Counted from the first letter of the stretch, positions 10,069 through 19,896 are shown. The stretch is 64,000 nt of DNA from Candidatus Terraquivivens tengchongensis (GCA_023261845.1 JALNJZ010000002.1:181078-245077), one strand, 5' to 3'. The notes: generated by a model from the letters alone, not told the origin. A program made the numbers and translations.

Positions 10069-10844
10069 GATACGCTCTCCAAAACCGACTTGAGCGACGT
10101 CACGAAGTCTGACACTTTTTTCTTCGCAACACTAGCAGTATTATCCTCTATTATATTGACTAGCTCGCTACCTACGACTATTCCGTCAACCATACCTACT
10201 AACGTCTTCGCATAGGACAGGTCTCTTATACCGAAACCAGCCACCAAAGATGTATTGCCGACCAGCCCCCTGACTCTTGTAATGGACTTAGCAGGATCTA
10301 TGTAAGCTACTTCGCCCGTAACCGACGATATGCCGATATAAACAAATACTGGATTGTAGCTCGCCATAATCTTGATTGTATTATCTGGATAATTGTAGCT
10401 CGCGAAGAACAGTTTTTCGAGATTTACGGTGTCGCAGGCTTTTGCATATTCGTCCAAAGCCGAAGGACCAACCATGCCCAAGTCCGGTATTAGCGCACTA
10501 GAAGCTCCAGTCTCTGCGACCGAATGCATAAACTCCGTTAACTGTCCAGCGGTATTCAGATAACACAACAGTATTTTCGTTGCGTTAACGTTTTTAGCAA
10601 TATCTAGCGCCATGCCCTTATCTATACCCTGCTCCTTTACTCTCCAATAAGATAGCCTTATGCTCGTGCCGTCATAGATGGCGATTTTAGGTGGTATGCC
10701 AAGTTCAAGTATATCAGCACCAGAACTTTTGAGTATATCACAATATTCCATGAATGCATCAGGTGTCGGATATCCCAAAGTCATGTAGGTTATAAGACAT
10801 TTCTTCTTTCTCGTAATTTCTCGTATGTTCAACAAACCTCGCAC
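10065..10844 (-). CDS. trpA: Tryptophan synthase alpha chain
   Basis: YMTLGYP, LELGIP...YDG (catalytic Glu/Asp), VTG, AGFGI, DGIVVGS; last gene of the trp operon. Confidence 0.88.
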   Translation of the reverse strand: MRGLLNIREITRKKKCLITYMTLGYPTPDAFMEYCDILKSSGADILELGIPPKIAIYDGTSIRLSYWRVKEQGIDKGMALDIAKNVNATKILLCYLNTAGQLTEFMHSVAETGASSALIPDLGMVGPSALDEYAKACDTVNLEKLFFASYNYPDNTIKIMASYNPVFVYIGISSVTGEVAYIDPAKSITRVRGLVGNTSLVAGFGIRDLSYAKTLVGMVDGIVVGSELVNIIEDNTASVAKKKVSDFVTSLKSVLESVS

Positions 10845-11482
10845 CGTTTTGCATTCTTTACGAATTCAAAAATCTTTTTTCTGTCCTTTATACCGGGACT
10901 GACCTCTACACCGGACGATACGTCAACGGCATAAGGCCTCACGCTACGTACAGCTTCTGCCACGTTCTCAGGTCTTAGACCGCCAGCAAGTATTACGGGC
11001 TTAGGGTAAAGGCACTCAACAACCTTTCTACTTATCTCCCAGTCGTGAATCTTACCCTGACCACCGTACCCTCCGACGAGCGAATCAAGCAACAAGGCGT
11101 CGAACTCATTTATTGAGTTTCTCAGAGATTCAACGTCAGAAACTTCATTGACGTTGATCGCCTTTATTAACCTAATATCGGACAACGCATTACGCAACTT
11201 TTCGGCACCCGAAAAGTCGTTACCGTGTATCTGCAATGCAGAAGGTCTAAGCAGGTTACGAACTCTAAGTAGCTCGTCAAAATCTGATGTAACAGTTACT
11301 ACCACGCTATCTACAAATACGGGTACTGTTTTTATCAACTCTTTGGCCCTTTCGTAAGTTAGATTTCTCGGCGATAGTGGTGAGGCTACGACGAATCCTA
11401 CAGCATCGGCGCCAGCATCCACAGCATCCATTAGGTCTTGCTCGCGTGTTATGCCGCAGATCTTAACCCTTACATAGGTCAT
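10829..11482 (-). CDS. trpF: Phosphoribosylanthranilate isomerase
   Basis: VKICGIT, SPR, QIHG, LLDS..GGYGGQG, LAGGLRPENV, VDVSSGVE. Confidence 0.95.
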   Translation of the reverse strand: MTYVRVKICGITREQDLMDAVDAGADAVGFVVASPLSPRNLTYERAKELIKTVPVFVDSVVVTVTSDFDELLRVRNLLRPSALQIHGNDFSGAEKLRNALSDIRLIKAINVNEVSDVESLRNSINEFDALLLDSLVGGYGGQGKIHDWEISRKVVECLYPKPVILAGGLRPENVAEAVRSVRPYAVDVSSGVEVSPGIKDRKKIFEFVKNAKRCEVC

Positions 11483-12257
11483 GGCCTCTCACAAGCTCTC
11501 TTACGCTACTCTCAATGTTCGTTGACGTCATTATGAACGTCCCGACCAAGAAAGCATCTGCACCGAGATTTTTCAGGAGAATAACTTGGGCAGGGCTGTT
11601 TATACCACTCTCACACACGACCAGTTTGCGCTTAACTTTTGCACTCGTAAGTATTCGTTTTGAAATATTGATATCGACCTCCAACATCTCTAAATCACGG
11701 TTGTTTATCCCTAGCATGTCTGCCTCCGTATCCATGCCGGAAAGAAACTCTTCCTCTGTGTGAGTTTCTAAAAGTACTTCAAGACCTAACGAGTGAGCCG
11801 TTTTTATCATGTCGTCTAAATCTTCATCGCACATGCTCTGGTCGTAAACTTTCTTTATTAGGAGAACAGCGCTCGCTCCTAACCTCGATGCGGCCTCAAG
11901 CTGAATACTGCTAACGATTACGTCCTTCATAAGTATTGGTATGCTGACAGTTTCTCTAACAGCTCTCAGCTTATCTAACGAGCCATCGAAGAATGTGTTT
12001 TCCGTCAAAACCGATATGCCTACAGCTCCGCCACGTTCCATAGCCTTAGCCATGCTTTTGACGTCTCCATGTATGCGCCTTCCCATGGTTGGCGACGTCA
12101 GCTTCAGTTCAGCTATAATAGGAATGGCCTTGCAGGCGAGTATCGCCTCTTTTAAGCTCGGAGGTTTTGAAAATGTTGCCGAAGAAGGTACATCATAGTA
12201 GCCGTTCTTCACGCGCTTGATGGCATTTTCGACCAAAACCTTAAGGAAGTTGGCCAT
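11463..12257 (-). CDS. trpC: Indole-3-glycerol phosphate synthase
   Basis: IIAELKLTSP, ISVLTE..FFDGS, LMKD, GINNRDL, CESGI; ATG 12257 has a GGAGGAG SD. Confidence 0.93.
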   Translation of the reverse strand: MANFLKVLVENAIKRVKNGYYDVPSSATFSKPPSLKEAILACKAIPIIAELKLTSPTMGRRIHGDVKSMAKAMERGGAVGISVLTENTFFDGSLDKLRAVRETVSIPILMKDVIVSSIQLEAASRLGASAVLLIKKVYDQSMCDEDLDDMIKTAHSLGLEVLLETHTEEEFLSGMDTEADMLGINNRDLEMLEVDINISKRILTSAKVKRKLVVCESGINSPAQVILLKNLGADAFLVGTFIMTSTNIESSVRELVRGHDLCKG

Positions 12258-13311
12258 ATATCTCCTCCATCCTTTCAAGCTTGGATGGATCACCGCTAAG
12301 TTTCACCAGCTCCTTCAACTTTTTGTACGCCTTGCCACTCTCCAAAGACTCCCTTGCCAGCTCCATACCTTCGAGAAAGCTATCCGCCTGTCCGCCCAAT
12401 AATATGCCCAAAGCAGCGTTGACTAAGACAGCATCCTTCTTAGGGCCGCCTTTACCATTCAGAATCATAAAGGCTACTTGTGCCGCCTCCTCTTGTGTCT
12501 TAATTTCTAGGTCTTCCCGTCTGCAAGGCTCAACACCAAAATCTCTTGGTGTCAACTCAAGAATCCTAACATTATTATGCTTCAACCATGCAACCCTTGT
12601 TTTACCTATTATCGACACCTCATCTAAACCGTCAAGACCGTGCACGATGAAGGCCTCTTCGCATCCCAAGTTCATCAACACATATGCTAGCGTATTCATG
12701 ATTTTATCATCATATACACCTAATAGCTGGGCGTTTACGTCGGCTGGATTCGCAAGGGGTCCGAGAATATTGAATACAGTCCTTATTCCCATCTCTTTCC
12801 TTACCCGCTGAACGTTTTTCATAGCCGGGTGGAAATATGGGGCGTACATGAAGCCTATGCCAACAACCTCGATAGCCCTTTCGACCGATTCAGGCTCCTG
12901 CTCAAGCCTTAAGCCAAACATTTCAAGCAAATCAGCGCTGCCGCACTTTCCAGAAATTGCTCTGTTCCCATGCTTCGCTACTTTGACACCAGCTCCAGCA
13001 ACAACGAAGGCCGCAACCGTGCTTATGTTGAATGTTTTGATCCTATCGCCGCCAGTTCCGCATACATCTATAAGCCTTCCATTTATCTTGGGTTTTACCT
13101 TACAACAGTATTCCTTCATAACCTTTGTGAAAGCGGTAAGTTCTATAACAGACTCACCCTTCATTCTGATTGCCGTCAAGAAGCTTGCAAGCTGGGCATC
13201 AGTAACATTACCATCCATTATGCTCCTCATAGCGCTTTCGGCCTCATCGTAGTTTAAGTCGTACCCCTCAACGAGCTTCCTAAGTATCTCCACAAACATA
13301 TCAAAAACCAT
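12241..13311 (-). CDS. trpD: Anthranilate phosphoribosyltransferase
   Basis: DVCGTGGD, FNIST, KHGNR, GSAD, RTVFNILGPL.NP, GLDE. Confidence 0.96.
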   Translation of the reverse strand: MVFDMFVEILRKLVEGYDLNYDEAESAMRSIMDGNVTDAQLASFLTAIRMKGESVIELTAFTKVMKEYCCKVKPKINGRLIDVCGTGGDRIKTFNISTVAAFVVAGAGVKVAKHGNRAISGKCGSADLLEMFGLRLEQEPESVERAIEVVGIGFMYAPYFHPAMKNVQRVRKEMGIRTVFNILGPLANPADVNAQLLGVYDDKIMNTLAYVLMNLGCEEAFIVHGLDGLDEVSIIGKTRVAWLKHNNVRILELTPRDFGVEPCRREDLEIKTQEEAAQVAFMILNGKGGPKKDAVLVNAALGILLGGQADSFLEGMELARESLESGKAYKKLKELVKLSGDPSKLERMEEIYGQLP

Positions 13312-13882
13312 CCAAGAAATTTTTCAGAATCTTTTTACCATCCTCGCACATCACGGACTCAGGATGGAACTGCACGCCTTCTATAGGATGCTCTATATGG
13401 CGAACACCCATTATCTCATAGTCATCAATAGATTCAGCCGTAATTACAAGACATGAGGGCAAGGATTTCCTCTCCCCGCAAAGGGAATGGTAGCGGGCAA
13501 CCCTCAGAGGATTCTTGACGTTTTTGAAGAGACCCGTACCGTCATGCCTGATAAGACTAGTCTTTCCATGCATGAGTCTCTTCGCCTTTACAATTTTACC
13601 ACCGAAGGCATAAATTATGCTCTGATGCCCTAAGCAAACACCGAGTATAGGTATTTTGGGTCCTAACTCCTTGACTATGTCGATACACGAGCCGACGTAC
13701 TTCGGGTCTTGGGGAGATCCAGGACCTGGCGATAAGATTATCCTATCAGGCTCCAGCATTTTAGCACGCTCCAAAGTTATCTCATCATTCCTGTACACAA
13801 GAGGTCTGCCGCCCAATTCACCGACGTACTGGACTAAGTTGTAAACGAAGGAATCGTAATTATCTATGATGAGAACCCTCAT
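13301..13882 (-). CDS. trpG: Anthranilate synthase component II (glutamine amidotransferase)
   Basis: IDNYDSF, SPGPG, GVCLGHQ, RYHSL, GVQFHPES. Confidence 0.96.
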   Translation of the reverse strand: MRVLIIDNYDSFVYNLVQYVGELGGRPLVYRNDEITLERAKMLEPDRIILSPGPGSPQDPKYVGSCIDIVKELGPKIPILGVCLGHQSIIYAFGGKIVKAKRLMHGKTSLIRHDGTGLFKNVKNPLRVARYHSLCGERKSLPSCLVITAESIDDYEIMGVRHIEHPIEGVQFHPESVMCEDGKKILKNFLDGF

Positions 13883-15195
13883 TTTCCTTCACCACTAGAC
13901 ATCTTCAACGCTTCCACGAGCGGGGCAAGTTTGTGTTCAGTCTCCATCCATTCGTTTTCAGCCTTTGACTCCGCGACTATACCTGCGCCTGCTTGAATGA
14001 ATGCTCTACCATTGTTGATGAACATCGTCCTAATCGTTATCGCAAAGTTTGAGTTGCCGTTGAATGATATGTAGCCGACCGAGCCAGCGTACGGTCCCCT
14101 CCTCGTAGGCTCCAATTCCTCTATGATCTCCATCGCTCTAACCTTTGGCGCACCCGTTACAGTGCCTGCTGGAAACACGGCTCTAAGCGCGTCGTAGCAA
14201 TCGCAACCTTCCCTTAGTTTACCGACAACCCTTGAGACTATGTGAAGCACGTGACTGTACTTGTAGACCTTCTTCAGCTCCGAGACCCGCACGCTACCAA
14301 ATTTTGAGACCTTGCCTAAGTCATTCCTCGCAAGGTCGACGAGCATCATGTGCTCAGAAAGTTCTTTTGGGTCATTGAGCAGGTCCTTTCTTAGCATCTT
14401 ATCGTTTCCGCGTGGTCTTGTGCCAGCGATGGGCATAGTTTCGACGAAATTACCATGGACCCTAACGAGCGCTTCTGGGCTGGAGCCTATGATGTATCTT
14501 TCCCCCATCTTCAAGATGTACATATAAGGAGAAGGATTGAGCCCACGTAACGCTGAATAGAACGTAATCACGCTGCCCTTAACGTTAAAACTGTACTTCT
14601 TTGATAGGACAACTTGGAAAGCATCACCGGCGGCTATGTATTCCTTGACAACCTCTACCATTGAGATGAACTTCTCTTTATCAACGTTGGGCCTGAGCTC
14701 CGTGTGTAATAGGGGTTGTTGCTCCGGCTTTTTCACGAGTAAGTGCGTAATCTCATCAAGTCTATCCTCCTTAAGGTAATAGTAGTGTACCCTCCTGTCC
14801 TTTCCATTAAATAGTAGGCCGTCATAGTATGCTCCAAACTCCATGTCTGGAAATCCATGGTCATCGACGGTTTTCTGAGGCAACTTTTCCAAGTACCTGA
14901 CCAGATCGTATGATACGTAGCCAACGGCGCCTCCAGCAAATTTTAACTTTGCATGGTTGTGATGTATCTGACCTACAGCTTCTCTCAAAGTTTGCAAGGG
15001 CTCCGATGTCCTTTTGCGCAGTTCGCCCTCGGGCGACTTAATAACGCACACACCATCTTTAACTATAACAGTTTTCAGAGGATTAAAGCCCACTAAGCAC
15101 TGTTGGGCAATCCTACGCCTTGAATTTGTAAACTCTATGAGGTATGCATATTCGTAATGCTCGCTCAGGTTTGTGAAAACTTCAATGGGTGACAA
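13879..15195 (-). CDS. trpE: Anthranilate synthase component I (start uncertain; frame stays open to 15267, see findings)
   Basis: [57 protein letters not shown]. Confidence 0.95.
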   Translation of the reverse strand: MSPIEVFTNLSEHYEYAYLIEFTNSRRRIAQQCLVGFNPLKTVIVKDGVCVIKSPEGELRKRTSEPLQTLREAVGQIHHNHAKLKFAGGAVGYVSYDLVRYLEKLPQKTVDDHGFPDMEFGAYYDGLLFNGKDRRVHYYYLKEDRLDEITHLLVKKPEQQPLLHTELRPNVDKEKFISMVEVVKEYIAAGDAFQVVLSKKYSFNVKGSVITFYSALRGLNPSPYMYILKMGERYIIGSSPEALVRVHGNFVETMPIAGTRPRGNDKMLRKDLLNDPKELSEHMMLVDLARNDLGKVSKFGSVRVSELKKVYKYSHVLHIVSRVVGKLREGCDCYDALRAVFPAGTVTGAPKVRAMEIIEELEPTRRGPYAGSVGYISFNGNSNFAITIRTMFINNGRAFIQAGAGIVAESKAENEWMETEHKLAPLVEALKMSSGEGK

Positions 15196-15238
15196 ATCAG
15201 TGTATACGTCTTTAAACCTTGGCCGTTCGTATGTCTGA

Positions 15239-15256
15239 TCAATGCCAAAGGCACAT
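15239..15256 (-). other. Mini-ORF MCLWH* upstream of trpE; candidate Trp-sensing +1 frameshift site (CTT TGG)
   Basis: Minus strand ATG TGC CTT TGG CAT TGA. The +1 frame (TTT GGC ATT GAT...) is the trpE frame. Confidence 0.55.
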
Positions 15257-15292
15257 GCCCCGCAACCTTAGCGTAGTTACGAAGATTGATTG

Positions 15293-15302
15293 TATTTAAT
15301 AA
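15293..15302 (-). promoter_or_regulatory. Putative TATA box of the trp operon
   Basis: Minus-strand TTATTAAATA about 37-46 nt upstream of ATG 15256. Confidence 0.5.
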
Positions 15303-15458
15303 TTAGTGCACAAAAATGCTCAACGCAAAATCGAGAATAATGGCCCAGAAAAACGACGTTTAAACCCAAAAGGATCTAAGTTCTTTTTGAATGTACAATT
15401 CTGTTACATTAAAAACGGCTCCATGGTTATGTTTAGATACTGCCCATAGCAGTTATGC

Positions 15459-16445
15459 ATGCGTATGAGAGAGCGGAACACCATAACGGTATGGGTTCCT
15501 TCTAGCTCCGCAAACCTCGGACCAGGTTTCGACGTGCTTTCCATAGCACTTAGAGAACCGTCCCTAAAAGTGAGCCTGTCATTCTGTGGCGGTGATAATA
15601 TCAAGCTTGTACTCAAAGGTAAATATGGAGAAACTCTTTGCGCCAGCCCAGAAGTTCACTCCGGATGCAGAGCACTTAGAGCACTCATGAACAAGTACAG
15701 CATCAATGAAGGGCTTGAAATGGTTGTGTATGTTGACATACCGCCGAAAAAGGGCCTCGGACTTTCTGGTGCAGAGGCCGCTGGTGCCGTAGTCGCATTA
15801 AACGAATTGCTTTCCTTGGCACTATCGAAAGATGAGTTAGTTCACTACGCATCATATGGTGAGCCGGAAGGGCATTTGGATAACGTGTCTGCCTCGGTAT
15901 GCGGAGGCTTTAACATCGTGGTAAAAGACTACGTCAGCGGAATGCCGCGCGTTTATAACTTCAGACCACCATCAGACCTTGGCACAGTCGTCATAGTTCC
16001 GAATATAGAAAAGAAATCCACGGAGGATGCAAGAAAGGCCGTTCCCGCATTCGTCCACAAGAGCGATATGATCGGGAACATTTCCAGAGTTGCTGCAGTA
16101 TCTGTAGGTTTTGTCACAGGCGACGTGGAGTGCATTCTGAGAAACATAGCATGGGATACTGTTGTCGAGAGGGCTAGAGCTGATTCTCAGGTGTACGGAA
16201 ATGGTATAGACTGGCGATTCTTGGAAGAAGAGAAGCTCTACTTGTTCAAAAAGTACGGCATCGCAGAGACAATAAGCGGTGCTGGCCCCTCAAGGATTTT
16301 GTGGTATAGTATATCACGGCATTCACAGGTGGTAGATGAGGCCTTAGGCTATGTTGTAGACCGTATAAAAGAGCTCGGGTATAGCGTGGAAGGGATTTTC
16401 AAGACGTATCCGTCTGGAATTGGTGCGTATAAATTATCGGAATGA
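15459..16445 (+). CDS. thrB: Homoserine kinase (GHMP family)
   Basis: PSSSANLGPGFD, PPKKGLGLSGA, HLDNV, ISGAGPS. Confidence 0.88.
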   Translation: MRMRERNTITVWVPSSSANLGPGFDVLSIALREPSLKVSLSFCGGDNIKLVLKGKYGETLCASPEVHSGCRALRALMNKYSINEGLEMVVYVDIPPKKGLGLSGAEAAGAVVALNELLSLALSKDELVHYASYGEPEGHLDNVSASVCGGFNIVVKDYVSGMPRVYNFRPPSDLGTVVIVPNIEKKSTEDARKAVPAFVHKSDMIGNISRVAAVSVGFVTGDVECILRNIAWDTVVERARADSQVYGNGIDWRFLEEEKLYLFKKYGIAETISGAGPSRILWYSISRHSQVVDEALGYVVDRIKELGYSVEGIFKTYPSGIGAYKLSE

Positions 16446-16491
16446 TTTAGATAAAATGGTTTATTAATAGGACGTTTTACGTTAAGCCGTC

Positions 16492-16908
16492 ATGCAAGAC
16501 GACGAGTTAGAAAAAATAAAGCAACGTAAACTTGCCGAGCTTATGAAGAAAATATCAGGAATAAAGGGTGGCTTTGTAACACAGACACCTTCTGAGCCCG
16601 TTACGCTTACCGATGAAAATTTTGATAGTTTTATCTCGAGTAACAGGCTTGCTGTCGTAGACTTTTGGGCGGAATGGTGCGCGCCTTGCAGGATGCTCGC
16701 ACCAGTTATTAAAGAACTCGCAAAGGAATACGCCGGGAAGATAACCTTCGGGAAGCTCAACGTGGACGAGAATCCAAAGACCGTTATGAAGTTTGGGATA
16801 ATGAGTATACCGACCCTAATAGTTTTTAAAGATGGGCAGCCGGTTGACATGATAATCGGTGCGGTGCCGAAAAGGCAGATAGAAGTGAGACTAAATAGGT
16901 ACATTTAA
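16492..16908 (+). CDS. trxA: Thioredoxin
   Basis: DFWAEWCAPC, KLNVDE, SIPTL. Confidence 0.95.
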   Translation: MQDDELEKIKQRKLAELMKKISGIKGGFVTQTPSEPVTLTDENFDSFISSNRLAVVDFWAEWCAPCRMLAPVIKELAKEYAGKITFGKLNVDENPKTVMKFGIMSIPTLIVFKDGQPVDMIIGAVPKRQIEVRLNRYI

Positions 16909-16972
16909 AGCAGCATATCCTTGGAGAAGTGATAATCAAAAAACCCTTTAATAGGTAGTCCGTGCCTCATAT

Positions 16973-17938
16973 TTGGTCAGAACAGAAAAGGCTGGTAGCA
17001 AAAATTTGGCCTCACCGGCATGGACCGATCTACTTAAGTACGTGGAAACAGCAAGGGCAGAGATAGACAGGAAGCTCCTAGAGAAGATTAATAACAGGAG
17101 CGATAGGATAGTTATAAAAAATGTACTATCCGGTGGGAAGAGATTAAGACCTGTGTTGCTTCTGCTTGCTTACGATACCCTTGGGGGTAAAGATAGAGAT
17201 GCGGCACTTGATGTTGCCTGTGCTTTAGAGCTTGCACATAACGCGAGCTTGATTCATGACGACATAATTGACGGTGATATCGAGAGAAGGGGTAAACCAG
17301 CGCTTTGGAGACAGATAGGGGTGGTGAATGCGATCATACAGGGGCACAGGATGATTAATCTTGCTTTTCAGACAGTACTCGACAAGGGAATCGAACTTGC
17401 TAAGATATTCCTCAAGGCATGGAATGACGCCTCCGCAGGGGTTCTGGAAGAGATATTTTCAGGAGAGCCGTTCTCCAAGAAGCTTTATGCGAAGATAGTC
17501 AAAGAGAAGACTGCTTCACTTTTTGCGGCAGCGACCGAAAGTGCTGCGGTGCTCGCACATTCTGACGAGAAGGTAAGAGAGCTGATGAGGAAGTATGGTG
17601 AGATGGTTGGTATGGCGTATCAGCTTGCGGACGACTACGTCGAAATAGTGAAGGGCAGAAGAAACTTAAACTTTCCTATCTTCATACTTAGACAACTCGA
17701 GGAGACAATAAAGCAACTTTATGTGGCAACGAAAACTGGAAACATTCGTGCGATTTCACCAAAAACTTTATTCAATGTAAAAAAAGTAGACGGCATATTC
17801 TTAAAGGAGATCAGGGATTATGTAATGAGGGCAAAAGAAATAGCATCCAATCCAGCGATACCAGACTCCCGCTATAAAGTTATGTTAGCAGAGTTTCCAA
17901 AATACTGCGTCAATTCTATGCTAAATGAGTTAAGATAG
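16973..17938 (+). CDS. Polyprenyl diphosphate synthase (GGPP synthase family)
   Basis: GGKRLRP, HDDIIDGD..RRG (FARM), KTA, YQLADD (SARM-like). Confidence 0.9.
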   Translation: MVRTEKAGSKNLASPAWTDLLKYVETARAEIDRKLLEKINNRSDRIVIKNVLSGGKRLRPVLLLLAYDTLGGKDRDAALDVACALELAHNASLIHDDIIDGDIERRGKPALWRQIGVVNAIIQGHRMINLAFQTVLDKGIELAKIFLKAWNDASAGVLEEIFSGEPFSKKLYAKIVKEKTASLFAAATESAAVLAHSDEKVRELMRKYGEMVGMAYQLADDYVEIVKGRRNLNFPIFILRQLEETIKQLYVATKTGNIRAISPKTLFNVKKVDGIFLKEIRDYVMRAKEIASNPAIPDSRYKVMLAEFPKYCVNSMLNELR

Positions 17939-18391
17939 TTTTGTTCTCTTTTTAAAGAATCTCTTTTCTATCTCCTCTAGCTTTTTTATGTTCTCTTCCT
18001 CGGATGGGTCGAATGTTGTTGAGAACCATGCATCCAGTATATCTTTTGCTTTTTCCTCGGTCGTCTCGGAAAGACTCATCACCAAAATGTTGGGCTTGTT
18101 CCATTTTCGCGCACCCTTAGCAATTTCACTGCTGCTACACAGGGCTGCCCTTATGCCCGGAACCTTATTGGCCGCTATCGTTACGCCAGTACCAGTCCAG
18201 CAGAATAATATTCCTTCGTCCACTTCTCCCTTCAGGATACTCTCAGCAACTTCAACGGCAACATCCGGCCATGAAGCTACGTTCCTAGCAAGGGCACCGC
18301 AAAGCTTGACAGTATGTCCCCTCTTTTTCAGCTCTTCAACGACAAAGTCTGTCAATTTAGTCCTTTCATCACTCCCTACAGCTATCCTCAT
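17930..18391 (-). CDS. RpiB/LacAB family sugar-phosphate isomerase
   Basis: MRIAVGSDE, GILFCWTGTG, AANKVPGIRAA; ATG 18391 preferred. Confidence 0.85.
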   Translation of the reverse strand: MRIAVGSDERTKLTDFVVEELKKRGHTVKLCGALARNVASWPDVAVEVAESILKGEVDEGILFCWTGTGVTIAANKVPGIRAALCSSSEIAKGARKWNKPNILVMSLSETTEEKAKDILDAWFSTTFDPSEEENIKKLEEIEKRFFKKRTKLS

Positions 18392-18427
18392 ATCATATTT
18401 GAAAATCGAGCGAGCAATATTTAGCAT

Positions 18428-18775
18428 TTAATTAATTTTCTTAAGTAGTGCCTTTAACGTACCCGAGATCTTTCTAACATCCAAAGATGTGCTCTCTCCT
18501 CCGACGTTATTGACCATGGCGATGGCCGCTACAAGAGTTCTAACCTGCTTCGAGTTACACCTTATCACGATACCATCTAAATCCTTTTGAATCCTGACCA
18601 AGTATGGGTTAACGTCTGCATAACCCAACGTACCGACGAGATACTGAAGACTTGACAGTATAGCCTTCCATATTTCAGATTTATCAAGCTTAACATCTCT
18701 CGGAAAGTGTCTCACGAAAACGTAGCGGTATTTAGCCTTCAGCAAGCCATACGCCCTCCTGTACCATCTTGCCAA
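18428..18775 (-). CDS. rnp2: Ribonuclease P protein component 2 (Pop5/Rpp14)
   Basis: KYRYV, GIVIRC, ISGTLKAL; adjacent to Rpp30. Confidence 0.8.
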   Translation of the reverse strand: MARWYRRAYGLLKAKYRYVFVRHFPRDVKLDKSEIWKAILSSLQYLVGTLGYADVNPYLVRIQKDLDGIVIRCNSKQVRTLVAAIAMVNNVGGESTSLDVRKISGTLKALLKKIN

Positions 18776-19409
18776 GTAGCTTAGCTCTGTTTCTAAGCAG
18801 TATGTTTAATGGTATGGTTGAGAGCGCATCAAGCGAACGTTCGAAGTTAAGGCCAAGCGCATTGACAATACACGAAACATCGAAAGGCCCCCTCTGCTCC
18901 ACGGGGTTAGAGGCACATGAAGAAAATACGAGACTCAGGTCTTTCATATCGATTAAACGTACAATGCTCCTCATCTTCTGGAGCGCAACCCTATCAGAAA
19001 TTGTGTCAATAAGTGTAAGCTCTATTGAGTTTCGTGTTACAGACAGCATGTGCCTATCGAAGCTCATGAAACCGTTTGGTCTAAATACGACGGTGTCAAC
19101 CCTTCCGTCCCTTAAGGCCACCAAGGCCGCATCCCTTGTTAGACAATACACAGTTAACACATCATAAGAGTGTCTGAACTTGGCTGCCGCCTTGAGTACA
19201 TCGCCCCTTGTCTTAGCAGATACAACTGCTTTGCTGTAAATCTCTAAGCCATATTCCTTGGCACTACTCTTTAATTCTTCGAGCATAGGTTTAGGTGCCT
19301 CCACGACGAGCGTCGAGTATCCTAAATCAAATGCCCTCTTACACATCTCCTTCGCAACGTTGACATCAGGAGGTCTTATCCAAAAATCGACGAACGTCCT
19401 CTTACCCAC
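18732..19409 (-). CDS. rnp3: Ribonuclease P protein component 3 (Rpp30)
   Basis: PHP-like fold, D.RVD, VFSSCAS...EQRGP.D, LS.IP..IL.RNR. Confidence 0.75.
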   Translation of the reverse strand: MGKRTFVDFWIRPPDVNVAKEMCKRAFDLGYSTLVVEAPKPMLEELKSSAKEYGLEIYSKAVVSAKTRGDVLKAAAKFRHSYDVLTVYCLTRDAALVALRDGRVDTVVFRPNGFMSFDRHMLSVTRNSIELTLIDTISDRVALQKMRSIVRLIDMKDLSLVFSSCASNPVEQRGPFDVSCIVNALGLNFERSLDALSTIPLNILLRNRAKLLGKMVQEGVWLAEG

Positions 19410-19411
19410 AA

Positions 19412-19825
19412 TTATACACCCAGCTTATCCTTCAAAGCGTTTAAACTTCCAGCAATCCTGATCTCGAGCTTTATAGCATCGCTGTCTGAGAGCCTTAAGC
19501 TTCCGAGGTATGCGCTTTGCTTATCAAGCCTTACGTAAAGTATACTTTCCTGCCCTTTTTCTTCGAACGCCTCAGAGACCAACGTGGACTTCTCGATAAC
19601 GCTTAAACATTTCTCTAGTTTATCCAGCACTGCCTTGGCTTGGTCCTCGTCATTTAACTCTAAGGTTAACAGCACTATGGGGTCCCCATAATGGCCGATC
19701 AGTTGTTCCCTCTTAAGCTTCCCCTTCTCTATACTGCCCAAAACATTCTCAAGAGCTTTTAGCACCTTCTTCTCGTCTTCAGTGGCATGACATATAACCC
19801 TGGCGGTTACGCCCAAAACCCTCAT
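19412..19825 (-). CDS. Predicted RNA-binding protein (exosome-superoperon associated, COG1325-like)
   Basis: HATEDEKKV, GHYGDPI, LYVRLDKQ.AY.G. Confidence 0.85.
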   Translation of the reverse strand: MRVLGVTARVICHATEDEKKVLKALENVLGSIEKGKLKREQLIGHYGDPIVLLTLELNDEDQAKAVLDKLEKCLSVIEKSTLVSEAFEEKGQESILYVRLDKQSAYLGSLRLSDSDAIKLEIRIAGSLNALKDKLGV

Positions 19826-19896
19826 AGCCAGACTATGTAAGGGTAGAAGCTGCTGATAAGCTTATTAAATGGAATCAGCACCAGACCTACAAACGG

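Noticed and set aside
15391-15468. Short ORFs upstream of thrB as a possible Thr leader
   Set aside because: No Thr clustering, SD or stem, and they overlap probable promoter DNA.
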